From Octopus sinensis (Eukaryota): a stretch of DNA of 64,000 nucleotides. Location of the stretch: assembly GCF_006345805.1 (NCBI RefSeq), contig NC_042997.1:188108001-188172000 (forward strand), in the 5' to 3' direction. A program made the translations under genes and the position numbers. Under the pieces are notes generated by a model, which had not been told where the DNA came from, searched no databases, and worked only from the letters and a program-made list of their open reading frames with translations. This document shows, piece by piece, positions 51,821 through 64,000 of the stretch. The stretch's first letter is position 1. Each line of letters opens with the position of its first letter.

Positions 51821-53673
51821 TGGCACCCTGCAACCTGTGAAACTTTATGAATGGCACACTTAATGAAAAATTACCTTCAATTGCTTTAGTAGTGCGGCTT
51901 GCCTAATGAGCGGCCATGTCTCATGCAGTCAGTGTTTCAATAAAGTTTGACAATGCCTGCTTCAAATTATTACCCCCACCTCAACATAAATACATTAACA
52001 TGGCTAAAGAAATCTTTCAGGAGAGCATCCCATGAACTAAATATACATACCTGTATGTAATATAGGTGTAGGAATGGCTGTGTGGTAAGTAGCTTGCTTA
52101 CCAACCACATGGTTCCGGGTTGTCCCACTGCGTGACATCTTGGGCAAGTGTCTTCTACTATAGCCTCGGGCTGACCAAAGCCTTGTGAGTGGATTTGGTA
52201 GATGGAAACTGAAAGAAGCCCTTCGTATATATGCATATATATGTATATATATATGTATGTGTGTATATGCTTGTGTGTCTGTGTTTGTCCTCCCAGCATC
52301 GCTTGACAACCGATGGTGGTGTGTTTACATACCTGTAACTTAGCGGTTTGGCAAAAAGCGACCGATAGAATAAGTACTAGGCTTATAAAGAATTAGTTCT
52401 GGGGTCAATTTGCTCAACTAAAGGCGGTGCTCCAGCATGGCCACAGTCAAATGACTGAAACAAGTAAAAGAGAGTAAAAGAGACCTGTTTCAGTCATTGG
52501 ACTGTGGCTATACTGGAGCACCACTTTGAAGGGTTTAGTCGTACAAATCAACCCAATACTTATTGTTTAAAAGGGTGGGAATTACTCTGTCAGTTTTTTT
52601 TTGCTTAACTTCGAAGTTATAGAGATGTATTCAAACCAAAGCAGGTCATTAAACATTGGAGTAGGAGGACAAACACAAGCATGAAGACACACATAAATAT
52701 ATACATGTACATATGTACGACAGGCTTCTTTCAGTTTCCGTCTACCAAATCCAATCCATTCACAAGGTTTTGGTCAGCAGGAAACTGTAGTCGCAAATAG
52801 TAGCCCAAGGTGCCATGAAGTAGACTGAACCCGGAACTATGTAGTCAGGAAGCCAACTTCTTACCACACAACCATGCCTGCACTTATAGTAGAATCTCAC
52901 ATATGTAATATAAACAGTTAAAAAAATTTTCAGTTAAGATTATCCACACATCTAGTAGACTAAAATTCTAGCAGTGATTAAATTCTAAAACTAACAAGGG
53001 AGATAACTCCAATAATAGCCAATTGAAATTTATTAGTTATCTCAGCCAATCTAAAAAGTCTTTAGAAGTATAATATCTGCATAATATCTACTTTCCAAAA
53101 ATTTCATTTGGCCGACAATGTTGGCATTATCTTCCTCAGATATTTTGGGGATTTTCTTTAAAAAACAAATCTAGAAGAAATCTTAGTCTACTGATAGCAT
53201 ACATTAAGCTCACTTAAAGGAACTTTTTCAACTCATCATCATCATCATCATCATTTAACGTCCGCTTTCCATGCTAGCATGGGTTGGACGGTTCAACTGG
53301 GGTCTGGGAAGCCCAAAGGCTGCACCAGGCCAGTCAGATCTGGCAGACTGGCCTGGTGCAGACTCACTACATTACATAAATAAGAAGCAATCGTGTGAAG
53401 CAATATTGCCGATTGTTCCCCTAGAGGTATTTTCCCTCAGACCTATTATATGTATATGTGTGTGTGTTTACGTATGCACGTACATTCAGGATTAAGATGA
53501 TATCAGGAAAAATAGAAAAATAATAGAGTTTTACAATTTCATTGTGTGAAAGACTGGCTACAACTATATATATAGATTTGGTTTTATAAACAAGCAAGCG
53601 AAATGGAACTCATGTAAATCAGTGCATGCCCGTGTGTGTGTGTGTATGTATGAATGTATATAAGAATAAAAAG

Positions 53674-53930
53674 AAAATGGAGAAGTAATTACTAAAATAT
53701 TATTTATTAATTGTTAAAAATATGACAACCGTTAACGGTTTATAGCCGTTTTCTCAACATCTATTTTTAATTGGTATGTCTTTACTATCTCTGAAGAGAT
53801 TCATCTTATAATGAATTTAATTTTATAAATTAATTATCTAAAGATTACTGAATCGAAACAGCTGTCAGAGATGTTGTCATATTTCTTATAATTAATAAAT
53901 AATATTTTATTAATTACCTCTCCATTTTCT
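53674..53930. repeat. 57-bp inverted repeats (53674-53731 and 53873-53930) enclosing a hammerhead motif; Penelope pLTR-like cassette
   Basis: gaaaatggagaagtaattactaaaatattatttattaatt...atatgacaac versus gttgtcatat...attaataaataatattttattaattacctctccattttc. Confidence 0.8.
53788..53869 (+). ncRNA. type I hammerhead ribozyme motif with a long loop II
   Basis: UCU-CUGAAGA(53791-97)-GAUUCA...UGAAUC(53849-54)-GAAA-C(AGCU)G-UC^AGA. Helix II has 6 bp with a G-C closing pair, helix III has a palindromic tetraloop, the triplet is GUC, and helix I has only 3 bp. Confidence 0.75.
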
Positions 53931-54101
53931 CCTTATTCTTTAAATATATGAACCATGGTTTATATGGTTACCTTATAGGTGGATTGGTACCTAACCAGTA
54001 TTTTCATTGGATTTATTATCCCTTAATGAGGTTTATAACTTTCACTTCAACATATATATATCTGAGTTAGAGGTTAAGAAACCATCTAAGGGATATTAAA
54101 T

Positions 54102-54144
<43 letters not shown>

Positions 54145-54247
54145 GCATATATATGCATATGTATATATATATATATATATATGTATATATGCATAAATAT
54201 ATATGCAAATGTATACATATATATGCATATACGTATATGTGCAGGGT

Positions 54248-55640
54248 ATGTGGTATGTTCGTGTATAAGTTTGTGACAGCGAAGCTTGCAAGTATGATGT
54301 TTTCAAGAACTGTATTTGGAATGTGTGTGAGGAAGTCTATGTCATCCCTTATGTAGCTTGGTATCAGTGGGAATAAAGGTTTGAGGAGTACATCTATGAA
54401 GTGGCTTAATTGTTGTGTTGGCGCCTGGGGCCCTGCCACTATTGGTCTCATTTGGTGCCACTATCGCTTCCTGGGTCTGGAAGCAATAAAACAATGGGTA
54501 AAAAAATACAGAGAACTCATAGATAAACATTTCAAAACAGACTTTATCACCAAAGTCACCCAATTAATACTTGAAGAAAACACATTCTCATTTAACAACA
54601 AGACTGCTTCATCTTTAGGAACAGATCACAAGAAGATCTACGAACATTCCACAACATCCTCAACACACTGCACCCATCTATCAACTTCACGATAGATACC
54701 AGCCACAACGAACTTCCCTTCCTAGACATCAACATCAAGATACACAACTCCATCATGACAACAGATTTCTACTACAAAAAACCGTCACACACCAATATTT
54801 AAATTTCTACTCCTGCCACCCATCCCACATAAAAAGAAACATTCCATATAGTATGGCAAGACGCATATGCAGCATAGTAACCGACTCACAAACATGCCAA
54901 ATAAGACTAAATGAACTTAAAAACTTCCTACTAGAACAAAAATACCCCCTTAAACTAATAAAAAATGGAATCTCAAGAGCAATGAAACTGGACATCACAC
55001 AACTCAGAACTCCAAAAACGGAAAACAATGAAAACATCATCCCTTTCATGAACACACACAACCCTGGAGTTACCAACATGTTTCAAATCATACATTCAAA
55101 CTTACCAACAGTCCTACAAAGCCCCAAAATGGGAAACATATTAAACAAATATTGCATAAAAAACAGTAAATGACAAGACAAGAACCTGAAGAAACAACTA
55201 ACAAGAGCAAAATTCTCATCAGAGACTAAAACCAAATTCTTTGTAAAAGAGTGCGGAGATGGTAGATGTGGGATCTGCAGTAACCCCACCTACAAATATA
55301 TAGAGGGAGACAAACAAATAAAATTTAAGAGTGGTCACATATTCAAAGTAAATGCAGACATGAACTGCAAGACGCAGAACGTAATATACTGCATAACCTG
55401 CCCCACATGCAAGGAGAATTATATAGGCAAAACTGGAAATTCTTATGCCAATGAGCCAGAATTCACTGACATGTCCAACAGGAGGAACTGTGAAAGATTC
55501 CACTGAGTAAACACATAGATATATGTGGAGAAGGAAAATTTAAGATCTTTCCCTTCTATAAATGCCCAAAGAATGATACCTCCTTCAGGAAAAATATGGA
55601 AAAATACTCCATAACAAAGTTCTTCCCCAAACTGAATGGC
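54248..55640 (+). mobile_element. Penelope-like element (RT plus GIY-YIG) with an inverted 5' segment (54248-54462 on minus)
   Basis: Minus strand RPIVAG...LYTNIPH; plus strand LGLEAIKQW, LPFLDI, HPSHIKRNIPYSMARR and VIYCITCPTCKENYIGKTG. Confidence 0.9.
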
Positions 55641-56962
55641 TGAATATTTTTCTATAATAATTTGTACTAGATGAAGGACCAATTTTGTGAAGTAAATTGT
55701 ATTAAACACACACACAGTACTACATATATGTACATATACATAAATAAAAACAATCTTCCATCCAAATTCTCCAACCCATATCAGCACAGGAATCAAACAT
55801 TGGATTGAAAGAACTGATCAGCGGTATAGATGTCAACACAATTATTTCTTCTTCCCTTCTCTTTTCCATTGACACTCCTTTCAGATACACAGGCACCCCC
55901 CCCCCACACACACACTCTCTCTCTCTCACAAGACAATGATAAAAAGAAATCCAGACAAATTTTTGAGAAGTGACATTTTGCCCCACTTCAAGTGACCAGC
56001 TGGGTTTGCCATTTCTAAAAGCCAAGAATCATTTACTATTGAAAGACTGACCAGCTACAAAGATGTCAACACATTTTTTCTTCTTTCTCTCCTTCTTCCT
56101 TTCCTTCTCTTTTCTATTGACACTTCCTTCAGATACAAAATCACAAATGCACTCTCTCTCACTTTCTCCCCATTCCTCACCCTCTTGTACTATCTTATAT
56201 CTCTCTCGACCCCTACACACTCAATAATACTATATAAAGAGAGAAAATTCCTGAAAAAGTTCAATCTGACGACTCCACTAGAGTGGATGCAAGTGCTAAT
56301 ATATGATTTATAAAAACATGTGTCATATCAAAATCGAAATCGATCAACATCAATGGAATTTGTAGTTTGTGGTACCAGTGCCGGTGGCACATAAGAGAAC
56401 CATCCGAACGTGGCCATAGCCAGCACTGCATCGACTGGCCTCCATGCTGGTGGCACGTAACAAACACCATCCAATCATGGCCGTGCCAGCCTCCGTGCCG
56501 GTGGCACATAAAAAACACTATCCGAGTGTGGCCATTTGCCAGCCTTGTCTGGCATCTGTGTCGGTGGCACATAAAAAGCACCCACTAAACTCATGGAGTG
56601 GTTGGCATTAGGAAGGGCATCCAGCTGTAGAAACACCGCCAGATCTGACTGGCCTGGTGCAGCCTTCGGGCTTCCCAGACCCCAGTTGAACCATCCAACC
56701 CATGCTAGCATGGAAAGCGGACGTTAAACGATGAGGATGATGATAAAACCATCCAGATTTCTGAGTACCTCATTTCTTCTAATATATAATACCTGTACAT
56801 CATCTCCAAATCTTCTAATATATATAAGTATGCACATATATATATATATATATGTATATATGTATATAGATATATGTATAGGTATATATATATGCATATA
56901 TATATGTGTGTATATATGTGTGTGTGTGTATGTATACATATAAATGTACATATATGTATATA

Positions 56963-57715
56963 CAGCCTTGGCCAAAAGTATTAAGCCACACCAATGTTTT
57001 GGGGTTCTGCTGTCTCAATATTAACGTAACTTGTGCACATAGTAGGTTATGGTATATTTCACAATAAACATTAATTTTAATACCTGGTTGACCCTCCTTT
57101 GGCATCAATTACCGCGTTTATACTGTACTGTACATATGCAACCAATTACGAGTAAGACGAATGTCCAAAAATAACTTGTATTTCCTTGATTATTTCAGAG
57201 TTTTATGCTTAAATACGTTGTAGATAAGTTAATAAACAATAAAATGCCTAAAACAAGGGAGTTGAATGAGTTTGAGTGATGTCAAATTGTAGCTCATCAT
57301 GAAGATGGAATGTCTCAAAGGCTAATTGCTCAGAAGATGAAATGTCCTTAATGTGCAGTGCAAATGACTCTCAAGTGCTTGAGAGAGACAAAAGATGTGA
57401 AGACATTACAAAGAACAGGTAGAAAAAAAGGTTACATCACCTCGTGATGACAGATCCATCATCTGTTAGTCGCTCAGAAACAGGAGAAAAACATTGTCGG
57501 AGCTCTGTGCGGACTTCGAGGTAAGTACTTCACAAATATCAACTGTTAGAAGAAGGCTTGTAGAGTTCGGTCTGAAAGGCTGTAAAGACAGGAAGAAGCC
57601 ATGGGTTTTTGAAGCAAATATGTGAAAACGCCTTCAGTGGGCCAAAAACTACTCAAATTGGACTAGTGAGCAATGGTCGAAAGTCATATGGTCTGATGAA
57701 AGTAATTGTGAGGTA
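56963..57715 (+). mobile_element. 5' half of a Tc1 transposon (pseudogenised)
   Basis: ta|cagccttggccaaaagtatt TIR-like start; ATG at 57244 giving MPKTRELNEFE; STVRRRLVEFGLKG; WSKVIWSDES. Confidence 0.85.
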
Positions 57716-57719
57716 AGAT

Positions 57720-57885
57720 AGTACATGTATTCAATCACTGCCTTCAAAGGTGTGCACAGACATATTGCAGAATAGTTGGTGGAAGTTTGTTTTCCATGCG
57801 TTCGCAGGTGAGATTTGAGGCCAGCAAAAGACAGGCATGGTCCGTCACAGACCGTGCATACAAAAAGGTCATTGCCATTCACCAT
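57720..57885 (-). mobile_element. RTE LINE extreme 3' end with C2H2-type motif
   Basis: FVCTVCDGPCLSFAGLKSHLRTH, typical of RTE ORF C-termini. Confidence 0.7.
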
Positions 57886-57977
57886 ATACATATACATATA
57901 TACACACACATATATATGTATACATAAATATACACACACACATATATATGTATACATAAATATACACACACACATAT

Positions 57978-59877
57978 CTGGATTCGACTGCAGCTTTTGA
58001 GGTGTACAAAACTCAACGAGACCGAGCCGTGAAAATTGAAAAGAAAGAACGCTTCAGTTATGAATACAAAATCGTGGCAAATGCTAGTAGCAATCCAAAA
58101 ACCTTCTTTGCCCATGTCCAGCGGAATTCCCGCTTGAACAACCAGATTGCAACATTGGTAGACTCAACAGGCGTATCAATTGAGGACCCTTATCAACAGA
58201 GTAAATTATTTGCCGAGGCTTTTTCAACTATTTTCAAACAAGATGATGGTCGTGAACCCCCTCCATTTGATAGATCGGTATCTCCAATGCTTCAATTGGT
58301 CATCACGCGGGACGAAGTCAAACGTGTTATTCAAGGCCTCGATGTCAACAAGGGTCACGGCCCTGACAGCATACACCCACGGGTTATCAAAGCGTTGGCT
58401 CCGGTCATCTGCGAGCCCATAACACGACTATTCAATATGTCATTAGCGACGGGTGTTATACCTGCAGACTGGAGAACAGTGATAATCTGCCCAATTTTCA
58501 AGAAAGGGAGCCGCGAAGACCTGCTTAACTACCGACCAGTTTCCCTTACATCAATAATTAGCAAGATGTTCGAAACCATCCTTAAGAAAAGTATGATGCT
58601 CCACCTCCTAAACACAGCCTCTATCTCTGATTCCCAACACAGCTTCGTGCCGAAGAGATCATGCTTGACCAACTTACTAGTAATGGAAGAATTGGTGACG
58701 CGCATCCTCGATGATAGTGATGCTGTTGACATCGTTTTATTGGACTTTGCCAAAGCTTTTGACTTGGTAAACCATCGCCTATTACTTGTCAAGCTTCAAG
58801 CATATAGTTTCCATCCGGATATTATACGATGGGTTGGTGCCTTCCTCTCAGATCGCTCCTTCCAAGTCCAAGTTAATGGTTCGCGGTCCGACGTCTCCAG
58901 TGCGAGCAGTGGCGTGCCTCAAGGTTCAGGGCTTGGGCCCTTGTTGTTCTTAGTCTTCATAAATGACTTGCCCGACGACCTCACGCAACACACCCTTCTA
59001 TTTGCCGATGATATCAAACTGGTCGCTCCTCGCGGTAATATAGAGGATCTTCGTCGATGCCTCCACCAAATTTGGAAGTGGTCTAACGATTGGGACCTGT
59101 GTCTGAACGTGTCAAAGTGCTGTCATCTGCCTGTCGGCTCTACTCCTGCAACTCAACTTGATTTCGAGCCGGGTCATCTGCTGCTGGAGAGGACCGATCA
59201 GGTAAAGGACCTGGGTATCTTGGTGGATTCCTCCTTTTCGCCTTCGGCCCAGTGCATCCATGCTGCCAACAAAGCACGCGGAATTCTGTTCTTGATTCGA
59301 CGGTCATTCGGAATGCTCACAGCAGCCATATTCCTACCACTCTATGTCATGCTGGTGAGACCCATATTGGAGTATGGGATTCAAGCCTCTTCTCCTTATC
59401 TCCTCAAAGACATACAGCATCTCGAAAGAGTCCAGAAGCTGGCTACCCGCATGGTTCATGGTCTCAAAAATTTGTCCTACGAAGAAAGGCTGAGGACGCT
59501 CGACCTTTATTCTCTTGAAAAACGCCGCCGCCGTGGTGATCTCATTCTCGCCCACAACATCATAAGCGGAAAGTGTAACCTCTCGAAAGAGCTGTTCTTC
59601 ACTCCTGCTCCAGAACGTCGGCTGCGAGGTCATTCCGAAAAGCTCTACCTGCGACGATTTCATCTCAATCGAAGGAGAGGAGCTTTCTCCGTCCGGGTTG
59701 CGGATCCGTGGAACAAGCTGCCAGACGAGATGGTAAAGATGCCGACGACCGCTTTGTTCAAAGCGTCCCTGGACCTCAAGTGGCCTGAACTCTTTACATG
59801 AACACCACCCTGTACTTAACTCCATGTCCCCCTACATGGCCTTGCTATTTGCTTTTGAGCCAAATTAACTAACTAAC
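57978..59877 (+). mobile_element. young 5'-truncated CR1-clade LINE with an intact RT ORF (58002-59801)
   Basis: HGPDSIHP, NYRPVSLTS, LDFAKAFD, GVPQGSGLGPLLF and FADD. CpG-rich, (TAAC)n tail, inserted in (TA/CA)n. Confidence 0.95.
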
Positions 59878-60034
59878 ATATACATACATACATATATATA
59901 TATATGCATAAATAGAATAAAACACCACCTTTTATCAATTCAACAATGAAAAAATTAAATTATACCATATAGAAAAAATTAAATATAAGATAAAAACATA
60001 TACCAATGATTAAGTATATATAGTAGCTGACGTT

Positions 60035-61185
60035 GTCTCACAAAGCTCCTTCCGGAATTCCTGATGAGAAGTGCATGAGGTCGGCTATGTCTCAATCTTG
60101 TGTCTGTTGGTACATCTGTAGCGCTACTTCTAAGTTATGTATTATACGTGCAGCTTCTCTCTTTATCCCCTTGTTTCTTTTTTCCTTTCTCTTTTTTATT
60201 TTGTTGTTATAAACAATAAATGAGCATTTACCAGATGTAACAAAATAATATATTGATTACCAACCTTCAGCGTGTTGTTAATTTGGGGTCCTAGTCTGTG
60301 TATGAGTATAGCTTCCTTAATTCTTAAATTACCCAAATTTCCCTCATTGGCCTCAATTGTGACTGTTATGCTTTTGTCTATGCACTTCCTAGATATATTG
60401 AAAACTAACGGGCACCCTAGATCCATTGTAAATCGGATTATGTACCCAAGAAGGCAAACACGCCAAACACATAGAAAACCCAGCAATACATGCTCCCTTA
60501 AAATACCCCATTTTAGTGAGAAGATAACTACAGCCATTTGAAGAGCCACAGGAAGAGAAGGGCTAGACATACAACCAGCCCACTCTGGCCCCTCTCTGAG
60601 AGCACACCTCGCAAAGAAACAAACAAGGAACAACAATCAATGCACACTAACAAACTGTCCCATCTGTGACACAGATTTATGCCAACAGGTAAATGTTCTG
60701 TATAGAATACAATGTAACAAAGGCAAAAAGTTCTATGTGGATAGCACAACAAGACCGTTACACGTCCGCATCAAAGAACATCTGAACACGAGAGCTTCCT
60801 CCTTCAGAAAACATCTAGACAGATGCCGGAACACCAACAAAAGCATAACAGTCACAACTGAGGCCAATGAAAGAAATTTTGGTAATTTAAGAATTAAGGA
60901 AGCTATACTCATACACAGACTAGGACCCCAAATTAACAACAGGTTGGAGGCTGGTAATCAATATGTTATTTAGCTACATCTGGAAGCAATGTAAGTTCAT
61001 TTTCAATATGCTGATCTATTGTTTATAACAAAAAAAAAAAGGGAAGAGAAAAAAAAAAGGAGAGGGGGGAAAAAAGGAAGCTGCATATATAATATATAAT
61101 TTAGAAGCAGCACTACACACGAGATTGGGACATAGCCGACCTCATGCATTTCTCATCAGGAATTCCAGAAGGAGCTTTGTGAGAC
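60035..61185 (+). mobile_element. Penelope-like GIY-YIG 3' fragment with about 345-bp inverted arms (60035-60377 and 60837-61185)
   Basis: NVLYRIQCNKGKKFYVDSTTRPLHVRIKEH...LRIKEAILIHRLGPQINN; the left arm is an inverted copy of the 3' end. Confidence 0.85.
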
Positions 61186-61372
61186 CACTGCTGAGATGCT
61201 TCCGAAAAAAAAGAAAAGCCGTTGGAAAACCGATCATAGCAGCGACTCCATATAAGAATATCTGAAGAAGGATTCTTTTTCCGAAGTATCATCGGACTAT
61301 GGATGACTAAATTACAACAGGTATATAGCCCATTGTTTGTACTATAGTGCATTGTTATACCATTCAAAACTT

Positions 61373-61645
61373 TTATTCTTTATATATATATATATATATA
61401 TATATAATGTATATGTATATGTGTGTGTGTGTGTATGTATATATTAATATGTGATATATGTATATATACATGTATGTATGTATATATATATATATATATA
61501 TATCTGTATACATATATATGTATATATATATATATGTATGTATATATAATATGTATGTATATATATGTATGTATCTATATATATATATGTGTGTGTGCAT
61601 GTATCTATCTATATATATATGTGTGCGTGTGTGTGTGGGGGGGGA
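61373..61645. repeat. compound (TA)/(TG)/(TATG) microsatellite
   Basis: Directly visible; similar fields at about 54100-54240 and 56815-56960. Confidence 0.95.
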
Positions 61646-63325
61646 ATTCTGCCTGATTGGGATCTTTGATTACACGTGCGAAACACTGTGGCCCATTAAA
61701 ACGGAATTAATATTATCAATGATGCGTTTAATATCCCATAGATATGCATCCTATGTTAGTTAGCCCACATATAATAGCTATGTCCAACGATAAGAGCATC
61801 AATAAACAGACTATACAAGGGCAGCAGATATTCGCCAAGGAGAAACTCAGGTTAAAATGCGGAATGAGTAGTGCTTTATTAACATCGTATCTTAATGAGC
61901 ATATATAGCAAAATAGGTTAAGAGACCAATGAAAAGCTATACGTACGGTCAATGGATCATTTATGGCTGCCATTTCTGGACTGTCAAATGCCCTGGAGGA
62001 AATTAACTTCGGTGGGGCTTGGTTGTTTCAACTCCTTTAACCGTAAATAAACTTTATTCTCAATTTTATAACAAGATTATGCTATCTGTGCGATAAATAT
62101 TTATTCGCAACTGATACTATTCATTGAGTGATTTGTGGATGAAAGTAATTAGTAATTTCTAACGCGCAATGAGAAAGAACAGACGAAGACGAGTAGTATG
62201 AAACAAAAAGAAAACTATGATTGCAAAGTTTGTAAATAGTGGGAAGGAATGTATATCCACTATGAATAATATATTTTAAAAAAAGCCTCGAATTTTTTCT
62301 TTCTTTGAGACGTGGCACTTTGTGCCAAAAGCAACTATATAGAATAACTTTCTACTTTTAATATATTATGTTTTGACAATGCTCTCGATGAATTTTCGTG
62401 GGAATGACGGTAAAATCAATTCAATCGACTTAATGTATATTACTGATATTTAAGAGCCAACCAATAAAGGGGTTTCTACATGGTCGGTCTACCACATTTT
62501 CCTAAAAATCACACTCTACATGTAATTATGTTATACAACGGATAATGTTATCACGAATACATCGACAAAGAGAGAGAAAATAATAAAAAAAAGGCATGAT
62601 ATCACAGCTAGAACGTCTTCGATCATAAATCTGTTTGCTGGATCAGGACAGACTAGGAGCTAAACTACTACTAATAGAACTGCTTATATTATTGATACCG
62701 AAGGATGACAGGTGGGTCCGAATTTCAACTGAATATGAACTCAGGCTTATAAATGTCAAATTAGTCACCGAAAGAAAACGTACAAGTGGGCATTCTATTG
62801 TCTTGCTTCTTTGTACCATGATATACGATATTGATTTCTAATATAGGTACAGTGACTCATTATAGGGGGTTGACTATATCGATCCAGTAATTAACTAATA
62901 CTTACTCCATTGACCTGGAAAGCTGAAGAAATAAAGTTGACCCTTTGTGGGGTTCGAAGTCAGAACGTAAAGAAACAGTGAAATTAATTTTTCCCGATAT
63001 TCTGCTGATCCTATCAATGATATACGAGAGCCCCAAATATTTTTGTCATCACTGATAATATTGGGAATAAAGTTTTGAAGTTAAAATGCGATTAGTAGAA
63101 ACTATAAAACAAGCATGCTGGGATCAAGTTCTGAGCAGTGATATATAGAAATCATGAAATTAATTCCTTATTAATATCTACAGCATTTTTAGTGTGTTCT
63201 CGCAGTGAGAAGCAGTAGTATTAATCCTTTTCGTTTTGAATTGTTTCTAACCGATAGGTCAACAACGTCTTGTGTGAAAGCTAACAATATCGTTGCTCAT
63301 AAGATAAATAGATATTTTCGGTTAA

Positions 63326-63596
63326 CCTCCGGTGTTTGACCTGAGCAAAAAAAAGAAAAAAATTAGATCCGATTTTTTCCCTCAAGAAAATTCTTACTGA
63401 CTACACAGTTCCGGGTTCAATCCCACTGCATGGCACTTTGAGCAAGTGAATTTTCCGAGTCCCTCCCACACACACACACACCGTTCACAAGTGCGCATTT
63501 TTTTTTTTTCATATTCATTTACTACGTTTTTTTTATACACCTATTACACTATTTTTTCTTTTTTTCATTTTTCTTGCTCGGGTCAAACACTGGAGG
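63326..63596. mobile_element. piggyBac-like MITE
   Basis: TTAA|CCTCCGGTGTTTGACCTGAGCAA ... TTGCTCGGGTCAAACACTGGAGG|TTAA: 23-bp TIR with 2 mismatches, CCT termini and TTAA TSD. Confidence 0.85.
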
Positions 63597-64000
63597 TTAA
63601 ACCATATTTTCATCTGTCTTAGTTTCATTTCACACGAGAGTATTTAGCGAAGGCGTTTATCCACCAACAATATATAATTAGCCTTCTAAAGGCTTGACAT
63701 CCAATACGATAGATTTTTTTTTTACAACAGACGGATTAAAATTTTTTGTACTGTTGACCTCGACTGTTAAGACTCATATAACTGCTATCGTTTTCCCAAC
63801 TCCACATTCCATCTTCGTTCACAAACTCAAGTAGCCAGCTAGATTAGTGCACGTGCACTTACACTTACTCGCGATGGTCTTCTTGCAGTTGAGATCTACC
63901 AAATTTACTCTCAAGTATTTGGTCAGCCTGAGGTTACAATAGAAGATATTTGCCCGAGGTGCTGTGCAGTGGGTCTGAACCAGAAGTCATGTGGTTGAGA

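Noticed and set aside
59334-59825. 163-aa antisense ORF in the CR1 element, and similar ones in 35113-36405
   Set aside because: Shadow frames of the RT ORF
61650-62650. Homeodomain-like motifs (TTTATGGC, GATTTATGA) suggesting an enhancer
   Set aside because: Short AT-rich motifs are expected by chance; conservation data would be needed

Overview
AT-rich, microsatellite-dense eukaryotic DNA. It is not prokaryotic, and no operons, CRISPR arrays or rRNA genes are visible. The dominant tRNA-headed SINE families suggest a coleoid cephalopod such as Octopus; this is recognised from memory, not from a search. Most of the window is transposable-element debris: three or four SINE families, many 3' ends of an RTE LINE, two long stop-free 5'-truncated CR1-type reverse transcriptase ORFs, decayed R4-like LINEs, two Penelope-like elements, mariner, Tc1 and Tigger relics, a Gypsy-like gag fragment and TTAA-flanked MITE-like elements. 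There is also an apparently exact 1773-bp tandem duplication. Several short GT-AG exon candidates suggest an unidentified plus-strand host gene with long introns (low to moderate confidence). The most interesting signals are two type I hammerhead ribozyme motifs with Penelope-style palindromic helix III: a solitary one between microsatellites at 14400-14444 (-) and one inside an inverted-repeat cassette at 53788-53869 (+). Repeated foldback/palindromic retroelement structures also stand out. Nearly all ORFs in the supplied track are artefacts of microsatellites or SINEs. Boundaries were read by eye and may be off by a few bases.
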